IMG/VR virus record: IMGVR_UViG_3300029319_007025
Span: 1-62,818 of that record
Source: a virus
Lineage: Duplodnaviria; Caudoviricetes
Reading direction: 5' to 3' (one strand)
Length of the DNA: 62,818 nucleotides
The notes below the pieces were generated by a model, which did not search any database, had not been told where the DNA came from, and worked only from the letters and a program-made list of their open reading frames with translations. Shown piece by piece: positions 38,656 to 47,786 of this stretch. The position numbers and the translations under genes were made by a program. Position 1 is the stretch's first letter, and every line of letters begins with the position of its first letter.

Positions 38656-41202
38656 TTATTTCATTTCTTCAAGCTCACCCCATTTGTAACCGATTTCACA
38701 ATCAACGGTAAGCGGCACATCGTTTGTCGCCCAACGTGTCATGAGATCTTTGACAGCACATATCAGCTCGTCCATGTGCGTTTCGTCGACTTCGAAAAGT
38801 AAACTGTCATGCACAGTCAAGACGAGCTTCGCGGGAAACTCTTCACGCAGTATCCAAGCAACACATCTTGCAAGCGACGCGAGGCAAAGATCACTTGCCG
38901 TTCCTTGCACAGGCGTATTCCAACTACCATTCTCCGCGCTCACGCGCACCTTGTCGTCCGCGTCGGCTATTCTAAACAACGGACGGACACGTCCTTTTTT
39001 TCCTTGCCATTGTGTCCATGTAACACCTGTCTTTCTCGCCTCGTACAGTTGGCCGTCACACCATGACTTGAGCTTAGGAAACTTTCCAAATATAGCGCGT
39101 CTAATATTGTCTGCCTCTGTCACAGAGCAATTGAGATTCTTACTCAACGTGAGGACAGACATGCCATACAGCAAGCCAAAGTTCACTGACTTTGCTTTCG
39201 TTCTGTGTTCCTTTGTCACGTCTTCAGGTGAAATGCCCCATGCCACGTTTGAAATCATCTCTGCCGTACGTTGATGATAATCTTTGCCTGATTGAAAGAT
39301 CGCCCGCATGGCATCGTCTTGTGACAACATAGCAGCGACCCTCAACTCTAACTGTGAGTAATCCAACTGCACAAGCACTGACCCTTTGTTTGCAACAAAA
39401 CAATTCCTCGCCATGCCTCCAAGGTTGTCAGCAGATGGACGTGGAACCTGTTGTAGGTTTGGATCTCTACAGCTTATGCGTCCACTACGCGCACCCGAAA
39501 GGTCGAACGAAGGATGGACGCGCCCATCGTCTCTAATGAATTTAGCGAAGCCCATTGCGTACGTCGAATGAAGTTTCGACAGTTTGCGGTATGCAAGCAG
39601 GTCTTCCAATGCCTGAACCTGTGATTCCTTGCTTGCGCGTTTCAACAATTTTACGAGCGTTTCTTTATCAGTCGATGGTTCGCCACTTTTTGTTTTTGAT
39701 ATCACGGGCATCTTATGTTGCTTATATAAATACTTTCTCACATCAAGCGTAGAGTTGAGATTGATGTCTGGATTGCTTGCATAGATGCGTCCAAGAACAT
39801 CACTCAACGAATCCTCTAATGCTATGCGAAAACTATCAACAGCATCGGCACTTGTCGCAACCCCCCAGCGTTCAACATATTCAATAGCAATAGCAGCAGG
39901 GCGAACCACACGTTTCCAAACCCTATGCAGCGACCTGTTCTCTTCAAGTTCGATCTCGAATACCTCACCAAGACGTGCTGTTGATATTGCATCTCTTCCG
40001 CAGTAACGGTCGCGAATTTCAGCAGGCAGCAAGCCATATGAATAGGCACCCACGTTATCTTTCATTGTACGCACAGCATCCACGCATTTCTTTGGGCCAA
40101 TGTTTCTCAATTCTTCGTCCGACGTCTTAGGTGATCTAGCAACTTTGATTGCGTTTTTCATTGCATTGTCCGCAATCTCTTTGCCTCCGCCCATGCCAAC
40201 CAACTCTTGCATGACACCCAAGCTGGCTTTTGATTCGGGTTCAAGTATTTTCCTTACAAGGCGCGTGTCCATATGTAACCCATCAACGACTGTACCATAG
40301 GCGCAGTACAGCGCGTTGCTATCAAATTTACCATTTTGTGCAACCTTGAGAACATCAGCGTCCTCCATCATGTCAAGCAGGTGTTCTCGTATCGCCGGAT
40401 CTTTCAATGCGATACCTGACCAGACATACGCATCGTCAAACGCTTTGCCTGTCACCGCTATTGAAATGATTTCAAAATCTTTATTGTGCTGAAGCCCGAC
40501 TGTCTCGCAATCGTAGCTTATCCACTCTGCTCGCTTCAATTTAGCAACAGCTCTTTTTGATTCTGCTTTACTTGAAATAAGCAAAGCTCTGCTGTTGCGA
40601 CTGCTCAACAATTTCAACTCTTCAAGCTCGACGTTTAGCGACCATTCCAAATCCTCTTCGAACCATTTAGCTAGGAAGCGATTATGCAATGCAGACACGG
40701 GGTCAATCAAAGTGAACACAGGTATGGTATCTTTTGTTATCCAACCAAAACCTTTGCGCGTTGATAGGTATGCCGTTCCTCGGCCAAGCAGCGCTGTTGC
40801 AGCCGCAGAGCCAAGAGCGAGTATGCGTTGTGGTTTTGTTTCGGCAATCGTCTGTGCAAGATAAGGGCGGCATGCTTCAAAAATTTTCGGGCGAAGGTTT
40901 GTGGAACCTGGTTTACATTTGATTCCATAATCCAACGCGATAGGACCTTGCCAATGTTTCAACAACATGCGGCGCAGCTTCGCACCTGTTGTGCTTACAA
41001 AGGGCCTGCGCTTTGCGTCATCCATAATGCCTGGATAGCCACCTACGATAAGCAATCCTCCAGGTGTGCCTTCTGCCGACATACAAACCGTCTTTGCTTG
41101 TTCATGCAGAGGACACAACATGCAACCCGAATTGACAAGCCGCGGTTGGACAATATCAATCGCTGATAATTGCGGCTCCTCATATAATTGAAGTTTCTTC
41201 AT
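38656..41202 (-). CDS. polA: Family A DNA polymerase with N-terminal UDG-like domain and 3'-5' exonuclease
   Basis: DCET exo I, NGKFD, DYSQLELR (A), RTKAKSVNFGLLYG (B), TVHDS (C); N-terminal CxxC...Cx14C family-4 UDG-like domain. Confidence 0.96.
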   Translation of the reverse strand: MKKLQLYEEPQLSAIDIVQPRLVNSGCMLCPLHEQAKTVCMSAEGTPGGLLIVGGYPGIMDDAKRRPFVSTTGAKLRRMLLKHWQGPIALDYGIKCKPGSTNLRPKIFEACRPYLAQTIAETKPQRILALGSAAATALLGRGTAYLSTRKGFGWITKDTIPVFTLIDPVSALHNRFLAKWFEEDLEWSLNVELEELKLLSSRNSRALLISSKAESKRAVAKLKRAEWISYDCETVGLQHNKDFEIISIAVTGKAFDDAYVWSGIALKDPAIREHLLDMMEDADVLKVAQNGKFDSNALYCAYGTVVDGLHMDTRLVRKILEPESKASLGVMQELVGMGGGKEIADNAMKNAIKVARSPKTSDEELRNIGPKKCVDAVRTMKDNVGAYSYGLLPAEIRDRYCGRDAISTARLGEVFEIELEENRSLHRVWKRVVRPAAIAIEYVERWGVATSADAVDSFRIALEDSLSDVLGRIYASNPDINLNSTLDVRKYLYKQHKMPVISKTKSGEPSTDKETLVKLLKRASKESQVQALEDLLAYRKLSKLHSTYAMGFAKFIRDDGRVHPSFDLSGARSGRISCRDPNLQQVPRPSADNLGGMARNCFVANKGSVLVQLDYSQLELRVAAMLSQDDAMRAIFQSGKDYHQRTAEMISNVAWGISPEDVTKEHRTKAKSVNFGLLYGMSVLTLSKNLNCSVTEADNIRRAIFGKFPKLKSWCDGQLYEARKTGVTWTQWQGKKGRVRPLFRIADADDKVRVSAENGSWNTPVQGTASDLCLASLARCVAWILREEFPAKLVLTVHDSLLFEVDETHMDELICAVKDLMTRWATNDVPLTVDCEIGYKWGELEEMK

Positions 41203-42133
41203 CGCTTTCTCCTTTCATTCTTATAAGATGTTTTTTATCAACTTCATTTAGTAACCATTCCTTTTTTACATCGCCAGGATCTTTGCCAGGAGGTAGCTTT
41301 ACAAAGTCAGCAGTCACACCTTCAAGCATCAGGCGGGAGGCGAATGTATAACCCTCCTCCCATGCGTCACCATCCAACGCGATAACAAGAGGGCGCTTTG
41401 CTTTTCTCAAAATTTCAAACTGTGCATGGCTTGGTTTGCCTAATACAGCGATTGCTTTGTTCTCATACGGCAACACATCGAAGATGCCCTCCATCACCAA
41501 TAAAGGTTCGTCTGTATGTATATCAAGCAACCATTTTTGAAATATAATTTCGCCACGCTTCATTCCGTATGGATACAGATATTTTCTCAAGGCTTTGTTC
41601 GTCCAATCGCGACCAACCCAGCCAAGCCATTTGCCGTCAGGTGTATCACGTATTGGAATGATAACCCTGTTCTCATGCTTTCCCCTTGTACATGCGCCAA
41701 TGCCATAACGTTGCCAACTTGCTCGACCATATCCACGTCCTCTTAGATAACGTCTCGCTGGTGCAAGTGAAATTGCATTGAGCCCTGGCTCCATCCATAA
41801 AGGTATGTACTCTGAAGGTTTCTCAACTTCCTGTTTATCATTTGCTTCTTTTTGTTCGCTAATGCGCCGTGGCATATCCTCGTCATATGCAACGCCAACC
41901 TTACCTTTGGTTTGACAGCGGTGACACATATAGAAGCCGCTATTCGCATTCACTCCAAATGACTGTCGCCGATCTCGTGTTCCCATGACGCTTTCGCAGA
42001 ATGGGCAATTCGATCTTATCCAACCTGTGGCACCTGGTTTCATTGTAAGTAATAAAGTTTGAACGTGCTCGCTTGACACATTGTCCTCCAGTAATCCTAA
42101 TTCTTTTCTTGTGCGTGGAATCAAAAGGGCCAT
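41180..42133 (-). CDS. dnaG: DNA primase (zinc finger plus Toprim)
   Basis: CPFC...CHRC, EGIFD, LDGDA, KDP; start uncertain. Confidence 0.92.
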   Translation of the reverse strand: MALLIPRTRKELGLLEDNVSSEHVQTLLLTMKPGATGWIRSNCPFCESVMGTRDRRQSFGVNANSGFYMCHRCQTKGKVGVAYDEDMPRRISEQKEANDKQEVEKPSEYIPLWMEPGLNAISLAPARRYLRGRGYGRASWQRYGIGACTRGKHENRVIIPIRDTPDGKWLGWVGRDWTNKALRKYLYPYGMKRGEIIFQKWLLDIHTDEPLLVMEGIFDVLPYENKAIAVLGKPSHAQFEILRKAKRPLVIALDGDAWEEGYTFASRLMLEGVTADFVKLPPGKDPGDVKKEWLLNEVDKKHLIRMKGESDEETSII

Positions 42134-43425
42134 CCTTCACGAATCAATGGAGCGACACGTCCCTTCTCAAACTCCTGTGGCAAAGGCCCGATGTCTTCAC
42201 CGCTACGTCCATAACGATTTTTAGCGACACGGAACATCATTGTTGCTCCTTCGTCCCTTGGGTTCAATGTGATAACAAGATCAGCGGTTCGCGGGATGCC
42301 CATAGAACCTGCCGTGTGTTGTGAGTCGATCTTCTTTGTGCGTTTATCTTGCGCCTCTGCTTTTGATTGCGCCGCTGTCCAAACCCAACACTTTTTATCC
42401 GCAGCAAAAGCACGTAGCTGTTCCGCGATTGAAGTCAGCTCTTCGTGTTTCATTTTCTTGCTTGGCTCATGTAGCAACGCAGCATAGTCAACACATACAA
42501 TGTCTATTTTCTTGCCATAGTTCTCCTCTTCATCAGCGACCCAATCACGTATGTCCGAAACCGTCACAGCATGTGGCGTGAAGTATTTCACCGTACAAAA
42601 GCCAAGCAGGTTTTGTTCTTCAAGCTCTTGCAGTCGTGTCCGAGCTTTCTTCGCTGCCCTGCTGTTATTCAAAATATCTTCCCAAGCTAGGTCGGTGAGG
42701 TTTGAAACGATACGAGCGTAGACATATTCTTCGCCTAGCTCAAGCGTTGCATAAGCAACGTTAAGTTTATTTGATATTGCATCACAAGCCGTATGAGATA
42801 ACGACATTGATTTACCTGCACCCGTTGGCCCAACGTATACACCTAAACTGCCACGTTCTAATCCGCCTCCCAATGCAGCATCAAGTTCGTCAACACCAGT
42901 CGGAAGTTTTCGTATATTACGCAACTCCTCAATCTGATCCATGATTGCAGGTGACAACATTGTGCCAAGTGTTGATTCAACAGCGCCAAGACGGTACGCC
43001 TTGTTTAGCATATCCCCAACGGCAGACAGATCCTCGCTATTCGTGAATGCCTTCAGCCCTTGATCCAATGCTTCCTTTTCCATGCGTCTTCGCAACACAG
43101 GAACAAGCTCTTGCAGAACATCCTCTGAACTGACCGTGGGTTCGTCTTGTTCAATTTCATAAAGAAATTCTACAACCGCTTCGTATTCATCCTCACTAAA
43201 CTTGCCTTTATCCAACCGACGCCTTGCGCGTTGTTTCACAATGGTAGGCGAGCCAGGTGGTTTCTTGAATGACCTGCAAAGCGATGCAACCAAACTTGCG
43301 CCTTCATCCTGAAAGCTAGCAGGGTCAATCTGTTTGATTATACGCTTGTAGAATTTAGGACGTGTGACCAACAGCGCAGCAACGATACGTTCGAACTCTG
43401 AATCTAATCCATAGTGTGTGCTCAT
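42121..43425 (-). CDS. dnaB: Replicative helicase, DnaB/T4 gp41-like
   Basis: GPTGAGKS, TLE, VDYA, WTAAQ, KNRYG; SD AAGGAGG before 43425. Confidence 0.93.
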   Translation of the reverse strand: MSTHYGLDSEFERIVAALLVTRPKFYKRIIKQIDPASFQDEGASLVASLCRSFKKPPGSPTIVKQRARRRLDKGKFSEDEYEAVVEFLYEIEQDEPTVSSEDVLQELVPVLRRRMEKEALDQGLKAFTNSEDLSAVGDMLNKAYRLGAVESTLGTMLSPAIMDQIEELRNIRKLPTGVDELDAALGGGLERGSLGVYVGPTGAGKSMSLSHTACDAISNKLNVAYATLELGEEYVYARIVSNLTDLAWEDILNNSRAAKKARTRLQELEEQNLLGFCTVKYFTPHAVTVSDIRDWVADEEENYGKKIDIVCVDYAALLHEPSKKMKHEELTSIAEQLRAFAADKKCWVWTAAQSKAEAQDKRTKKIDSQHTAGSMGIPRTADLVITLNPRDEGATMMFRVAKNRYGRSGEDIGPLPQEFEKGRVAPLIREGWPF

Positions 43426-43565
43426 CGTCTCCCTCCTTGTGAGCAACATGAATTGCACTGATGCTGGTTGCTTTGTTGTTGCGCTACTTTGTTAAAACCA
43501 TCTGTGTAATGTGCGCAACCACCGCACAGAATCGCTAGTGTTATTGTTATTAGTATTTGCTTCAT
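43422..43565 (-). CDS. Small putative lipoprotein
   Basis: AAGGAGAAAGCG-ATG start; MKQILITITLAILCGGC lipobox-like leader. Confidence 0.6.
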   Translation of the reverse strand: MKQILITITLAILCGGCAHYTDGFNKVAQQQSNQHQCNSCCSQGGRR

Positions 43566-43575
43566 CGCTTTCTCC

Positions 43576-44760
43576 TTACCAAACGTACTCTCCTCCTCGG
43601 ACAAGTTCATTTATTTTTTGTTGTGTTTTAGCTGCTGCTCGCTTTGCTTGCGAGTATGCTTCTTCCCAGCCATGTGGAAACCATTTTTGTTCAAGTGAGC
43701 GGGCTGAAACCATGACATCATCAGGCAACGTCAACGCTTGAAATGCTTCACGCCGCAGCCCGTCGTATTTGCGGAACAGTTTTTTATGTTGTGCCGTGTA
43801 ATATAATTGACCCCCGCTATAATTATTCATCTCACGTCCGAACCATCCCTTATGCTTTGTTATTCGACTCGCTGAAAAGACCCAACCTACAGGCGGGAAC
43901 TTTTTACTTGGGTCGCTTTTTTCATATGAATACCCTTCCAGCCATTTATCAATCGACCACGTGACCCATGAGATGGGCGAGATATCGTATTCGATAAAAA
44001 GGTCAACCGCTGAAGTAAGCACATTCCAATGCTTCGACTTTTGTATATCGCCTCTGCTGAATGCATAGCATTTCTTTTTATAACGAGCGGCGATTCCTTT
44101 TCTGTATGCGACTGAAAGAATGTTCACCTGATCCAATGTACAGCAATCCTCTTCAGGTATTTTCGGCGGGGGCGGAATCTTTGCTACACCGACTTGCGAG
44201 ATGCTGGGATACGGCATGTCCCGAAGTAAATCCAAAACATCTTGGCGCAGCTTGCTCGCGCCTTTGTTTCTTGTATAAGAAACTTTATTATTTATATTAA
44301 TATTTATATGGTGGTCAGTTTGATTAGCAATGGTATGCGGTTTGATTTTCTTTTTACGTCCTGCGCCTTCACGCTTCCCGCCTCTTGTAGGCAATTCAAA
44401 TATTCTTTTTTTCAAAGCAGCAGGTATGTTGATATTTTTACTTCGATAGTCGCCGTAGACGATTCTTGCATACCTTTTCTTTTTGTCTGAAAAATGTTCG
44501 CACTCAATCCAACCAAGATTTTTTATCAAACCAACGCTTGTCAATTTGGTACACGCTCTCAATACCTGTTGCCGCGATAAACCTTTGGCAGCGGCAATCG
44601 TGTTTGCTGTCGCGAAACTTACGCCGTCAAAGTCGCGCCTCCATATGTAACCCAACCACACTTGGAATGCTGTTGGTCCTAATGCTTTTGAAACGTCGCT
44701 TGGTTTGCAAGAATATGTTCCCGCAACTTTCGGGCATACAACGCCGAGTTCTTTTTTCAT
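43576..44760 (-). CDS. Winged-HTH protein, candidate replication initiator
   Basis: N-terminal TIAAAKGLSRQQVLRACTKL...GLI, RGGKREGAGRK motif; heads the replication operon. Confidence 0.5.
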   Translation of the reverse strand: MKKELGVVCPKVAGTYSCKPSDVSKALGPTAFQVWLGYIWRRDFDGVSFATANTIAAAKGLSRQQVLRACTKLTSVGLIKNLGWIECEHFSDKKKRYARIVYGDYRSKNINIPAALKKRIFELPTRGGKREGAGRKKKIKPHTIANQTDHHINININNKVSYTRNKGASKLRQDVLDLLRDMPYPSISQVGVAKIPPPPKIPEEDCCTLDQVNILSVAYRKGIAARYKKKCYAFSRGDIQKSKHWNVLTSAVDLFIEYDISPISWVTWSIDKWLEGYSYEKSDPSKKFPPVGWVFSASRITKHKGWFGREMNNYSGGQLYYTAQHKKLFRKYDGLRREAFQALTLPDDVMVSARSLEQKWFPHGWEEAYSQAKRAAAKTQQKINELVRGGEYVW

Positions 44761-44859
44761 GTCATGTATGTATTATGAATCCGAACCGACTTTGTTCCAT
44801 TGCAATGTATCGCCACGAATAAATACACAGGTGGGCGGCACATACATATACACGCCCCG

Positions 44860-45040
44860 CCACATACATATACGCGCACCAAATCAACCCATATATTCGC
44901 TTTGAAAAGAGCACTTTTTTTCAATAAAAATCCACGGATCGAAAAAACCCAATGATTCCAAATACATACAAACCAAGAAAAATGCATAATAAGCTAGACA
45001 CTCATGAGGGTTTTCACTAATATAAACACATGGAACGAAC
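44860..45040 (+). promoter_or_regulatory. Early control region, copy A (A-tracts plus TAGACA-17-TAATAT promoter)
   Basis: -35 at 44995-45000, -10 at 45018-45023; diverged duplicate of 55198-55385. Confidence 0.75.
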
Positions 45041-45329
45041 AAACAAAGCATTGAACAAAGATCACAAAGACGTAGCAATTGAAGCATTGAAAAATGCAGC
45101 ATGGGCATATCGTACAGGTCGCGGCGAAACCTTCGCAATCGAAGCAAAGTTGCAGGCACAAAAAGACGCAGCACACGGAGCGGGGTTTGCGCGGGAAGCA
45201 ATCGTAATGGGACACGCGCTGTCATGCATTCAATACACAGCAATGGCAATTGAAGACGGTGACATCGAATATGATTCGGCAGAACGTCGCTTCGAGAAAA
45301 TGATCTCAAAAATCCAACGAATCAAATAG
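45030..45329 (+). CDS. Early hypothetical protein (possibly leaderless)
   Basis: ATG lies 6 nt downstream of the -10 box with no SD. Confidence 0.65.
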   Translation: MERTNKALNKDHKDVAIEALKNAAWAYRTGRGETFAIEAKLQAQKDAAHGAGFAREAIVMGHALSCIQYTAMAIEDGDIEYDSAERRFEKMISKIQRIK

Positions 45330-45355
45330 ACACAGGGTAAACGCTAGTTTATAAA
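45327..45355 (+). promoter_or_regulatory. Repeated early promoter TAGACA-cagggtaaacgctaNNN-TATAAA
   Basis: 17-nt spacer; one of four near-identical copies. Confidence 0.8.
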
Positions 45356-45377
45356 CAAACACACAGGGAGAAAGCAA

Positions 45378-45668
45378 ATGAATAACACAAACAACACAAT
45401 GGCAAACATTATCAAACAACTCGATGGTTTGAACGATACCGATCTTATTGAATTGAATGCTCAAATTATTCGTAAACTAAAAACAATTCGCGCAACACAA
45501 GCTGCCGAACTAAAAAGCACATTGAAAGTGGGCGACAAAGTTACTTGGAATTGTCGCCAAGGTTCAAAAGAAGGCGTCATTTACAAAGTCAATCGTAAAA
45601 AGGCCATTGTTGAAGTCAATGGTGAAGGATGGAACGTACCTTTAGGAATGCTAAAAAAGGTCGTTTAG
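45378..45668 (+). CDS. Early protein with helical N-terminus and SH3/KOW-like C-terminus
   Basis: LKVGDKVTW...GVIYKVNRKKAIV...WNVP; GGGAGAAAGC RBS. Confidence 0.7.
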   Translation: MNNTNNTMANIIKQLDGLNDTDLIELNAQIIRKLKTIRATQAAELKSTLKVGDKVTWNCRQGSKEGVIYKVNRKKAIVEVNGEGWNVPLGMLKKVV

Positions 45669-45672
45669 TAAA

Positions 45673-45701
45673 TAGACACAGGGTAAACGCTAATATATAA
45701 A
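45673..45701 (+). promoter_or_regulatory. Repeated early promoter
   Basis: TAGACACAGGGTAAACGCTAATATATAAA. Confidence 0.8.
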
Positions 45702-45722
45702 CAACACACAAGGACAAAGCAA

Positions 45723-45941
45723 ATGAGCAAAACAAAGTACACATGGAACGAGATCAATTCAGCGCTGGGAAGTTTGAAATATTCAACACAGCGAATTCTG
45801 AAAGTCATGGGTGCTTTGCGACAAGGCAGCATCATGCATGGCACGAGCGAATACACGTGGAGCGAGATCAATTCGGCGCTGTTCGTTGGTTGCAAGATGA
45901 GCCCTGCAAACATAGCGAAGGTCCTACGGGCGTTGAGATAA
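45723..45941 (+). CDS. Early protein made of two internal repeats
   Basis: YTWNEINSAL...KVMGALR / YTWSEINSAL...KVLRALR. Confidence 0.7.
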   Translation: MSKTKYTWNEINSALGSLKYSTQRILKVMGALRQGSIMHGTSEYTWSEINSALFVGCKMSPANIAKVLRALR

Positions 45942-45974
45942 ACAAACAAACAAACAAACACAGGGAGAAAGCAA

Positions 45975-46343
45975 ATGAGTAATACAACATATTCGATAGA
46001 GGAAATGAAAGCGCGACGAAAAGCAACAAGGGCAAAGGTAGCAAGACATAATCGAGCACAAAAAGCAGCGATGCTACGTGAGGTGCTTGAAGCAAAAGCT
46101 AAAGCAGCACGTGCAAAGAGAGACGAATTATTTCAGCAATTCAAACAAGCACAGTTGGCAGTGAACGAATTAAACAATGAGCTAATCGAGCACGATGATT
46201 TGGCATTTGTAGTAAGCGAAGTTGAGCGCGCTGCATATTGGAAATTGGAATATGTCACGTCAGACATGAAAGAGCGATGCCAAAAATACAACCGCCGAGT
46301 TGAGGATTTGGAAGATTCATTTGAAATTCTCGCCGAAGCGTAA
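45975..46343 (+). CDS. Early coiled-coil hypothetical protein
   Basis: (AAAC)5 leader plus GGGAGAAAGC RBS. Confidence 0.7.
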   Translation: MSNTTYSIEEMKARRKATRAKVARHNRAQKAAMLREVLEAKAKAARAKRDELFQQFKQAQLAVNELNNELIEHDDLAFVVSEVERAAYWKLEYVTSDMKERCQKYNRRVEDLEDSFEILAEA

Positions 46344-46371
46344 GCAAAACAAACAAAGGGAGAAAGCAAAA

Positions 46372-46845
46372 ATGAACAAATTAGAAAAGTCAGCGCACGA
46401 CCGCAAGGTGTGTGACCCATGGAAATGTCCACACGAAGAACATGCGCTTCCACAAGCGTTTACAATCCACAAAAAGTACACACGAATAGAAGGTGGCAAC
46501 GATAAGCGATACCCACAAGCACATGAGAGCGTGGCGTATCGTGAATGGTTCACGCTCAGAGCAATCATTGATGGAAAAATGGAACGACAACCTTTCCGTG
46601 TAACACGTTTAGCACCTGACATGCGAGCCGAACGCTTACGGGCGCAGCGATTAGGTTGGAAGCTTTGTTATTTTGATGACCCGTACTTTATCGAACACCT
46701 AGACAACATTGGTAAACATAATGAAGAATGGAAACCTTTGAAGGTTTGCGAAGCGTGGGCGGGCGCTCATCATGAAGCAACGCTCTTCTTCAAACGTTCA
46801 ATCAGCGACGATGCAAGAAAAGCATTTGTAAAAGTAAGCAGGTAG
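46372..46845 (+). CDS. Early hypothetical protein
   Basis: GGGAGAAAGCAAAA-ATG at 46372. Confidence 0.65.
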   Translation: MNKLEKSAHDRKVCDPWKCPHEEHALPQAFTIHKKYTRIEGGNDKRYPQAHESVAYREWFTLRAIIDGKMERQPFRVTRLAPDMRAERLRAQRLGWKLCYFDDPYFIEHLDNIGKHNEEWKPLKVCEAWAGAHHEATLFFKRSISDDARKAFVKVSR

Positions 46846-46928
46846 GTCTTGAAAGTGTGTAGCAGGTTCGCTACACGTGAAACAATAACGGTGCCGAGTA
46901 TTCGGCACATTACAAAGGAGACGCAGAG

Positions 46929-47714
46929 ATGCGACGAAAAGCGAAAAAAGAAACAGCAAAAAAAACAACAACAAGCAAAGCAAAAAAGACAGAGCGCGTG
47001 AGCATGCCCTTACGTACAATGGCACAAGTCAATCGTGTTATGGCATCGACCATGCGCTTACAAACAAAAGTACAGAAATGGAAAGGTGAGCCAGCGGTGA
47101 TAGCGGCAAAACATCTCAACAAAGCAGCGAAGGCATTGGAAAGTTGCTCAATCGTATTGTCAGAAGGAGAGGGCGACATTATCACAAAAGTCAGAGCAGC
47201 ATTGAGTGTAGGTCAGCAAGTGCAATTCAAAGACGACAACAGGTATCTTGCTTTTAGTACGCTCGATAAAAAAGCCCTTATCATTTTAGACGTAATTCAA
47301 TACCTGAATGACAAAGGACGAATGGTTGTAGAATACAAGGTTGGCTTGGCTGATAAAGCGAGCGAGATGATTATGCTTGTAGCAAAGACACAGGTCAAAG
47401 CATTGCCAGCGAATCAATACGTGGATGGTGCAGGTGTAGCGTGGAACGTTGAGCAAGATGAAGATGACGAGGATGATGAGCTAGACACAAGCTTTAATGT
47501 AGACGAATTCGAAGACGAGGGAGAAGAAGAAAATGCCAATGAAGAAACGAGCGAAGCAAGTGAAGATAGCGAGAGCGAAGAAGCAGCGGAAGCATCTGAT
47601 GAAGAGGAAGAAGAGGACTTCAATTTTGATGATGAAGATGAGGAAGAAGAGCAGGTGCACAAGCTCTCAGAAGTTCCACGCGGAGTACGACGCCTACGAG
47701 CTAGACGCGGTTAG
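46929..47714 (+). CDS. Protein with basic N-terminus and long Asp/Glu-rich tail
   Basis: SD AAGGAG; about 65-aa acidic tract near the C-terminus. Confidence 0.7.
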   Translation: MRRKAKKETAKKTTTSKAKKTERVSMPLRTMAQVNRVMASTMRLQTKVQKWKGEPAVIAAKHLNKAAKALESCSIVLSEGEGDIITKVRAALSVGQQVQFKDDNRYLAFSTLDKKALIILDVIQYLNDKGRMVVEYKVGLADKASEMIMLVAKTQVKALPANQYVDGAGVAWNVEQDEDDEDDELDTSFNVDEFEDEGEEENANEETSEASEDSESEEAAEASDEEEEEDFNFDDEDEEEEQVHKLSEVPRGVRRLRARRG

Positions 47715-47786
47715 GTAAAATGCTTACAATCAAAGAGGAAGGCATATCGCCAAAGTATGCCTTCCTTTTTTTACAAGGAGAAAGCG

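Noticed and set aside
45327-45701. CRISPR-like or mini-array interpretation of the repeated 29-mers
   Set aside because: Copies are separated by whole genes, are not palindromic and match -35/-10 promoter geometry; no cas genes.
46860-46892. Resemblance of AGGUUC-GCUACAC to the preQ1-I riboswitch loop
   Set aside because: The required P1 stem (GCAGG would need CCUGC) and the A-rich tail are missing, a different perfect stem forms, and the site is far from the que genes.
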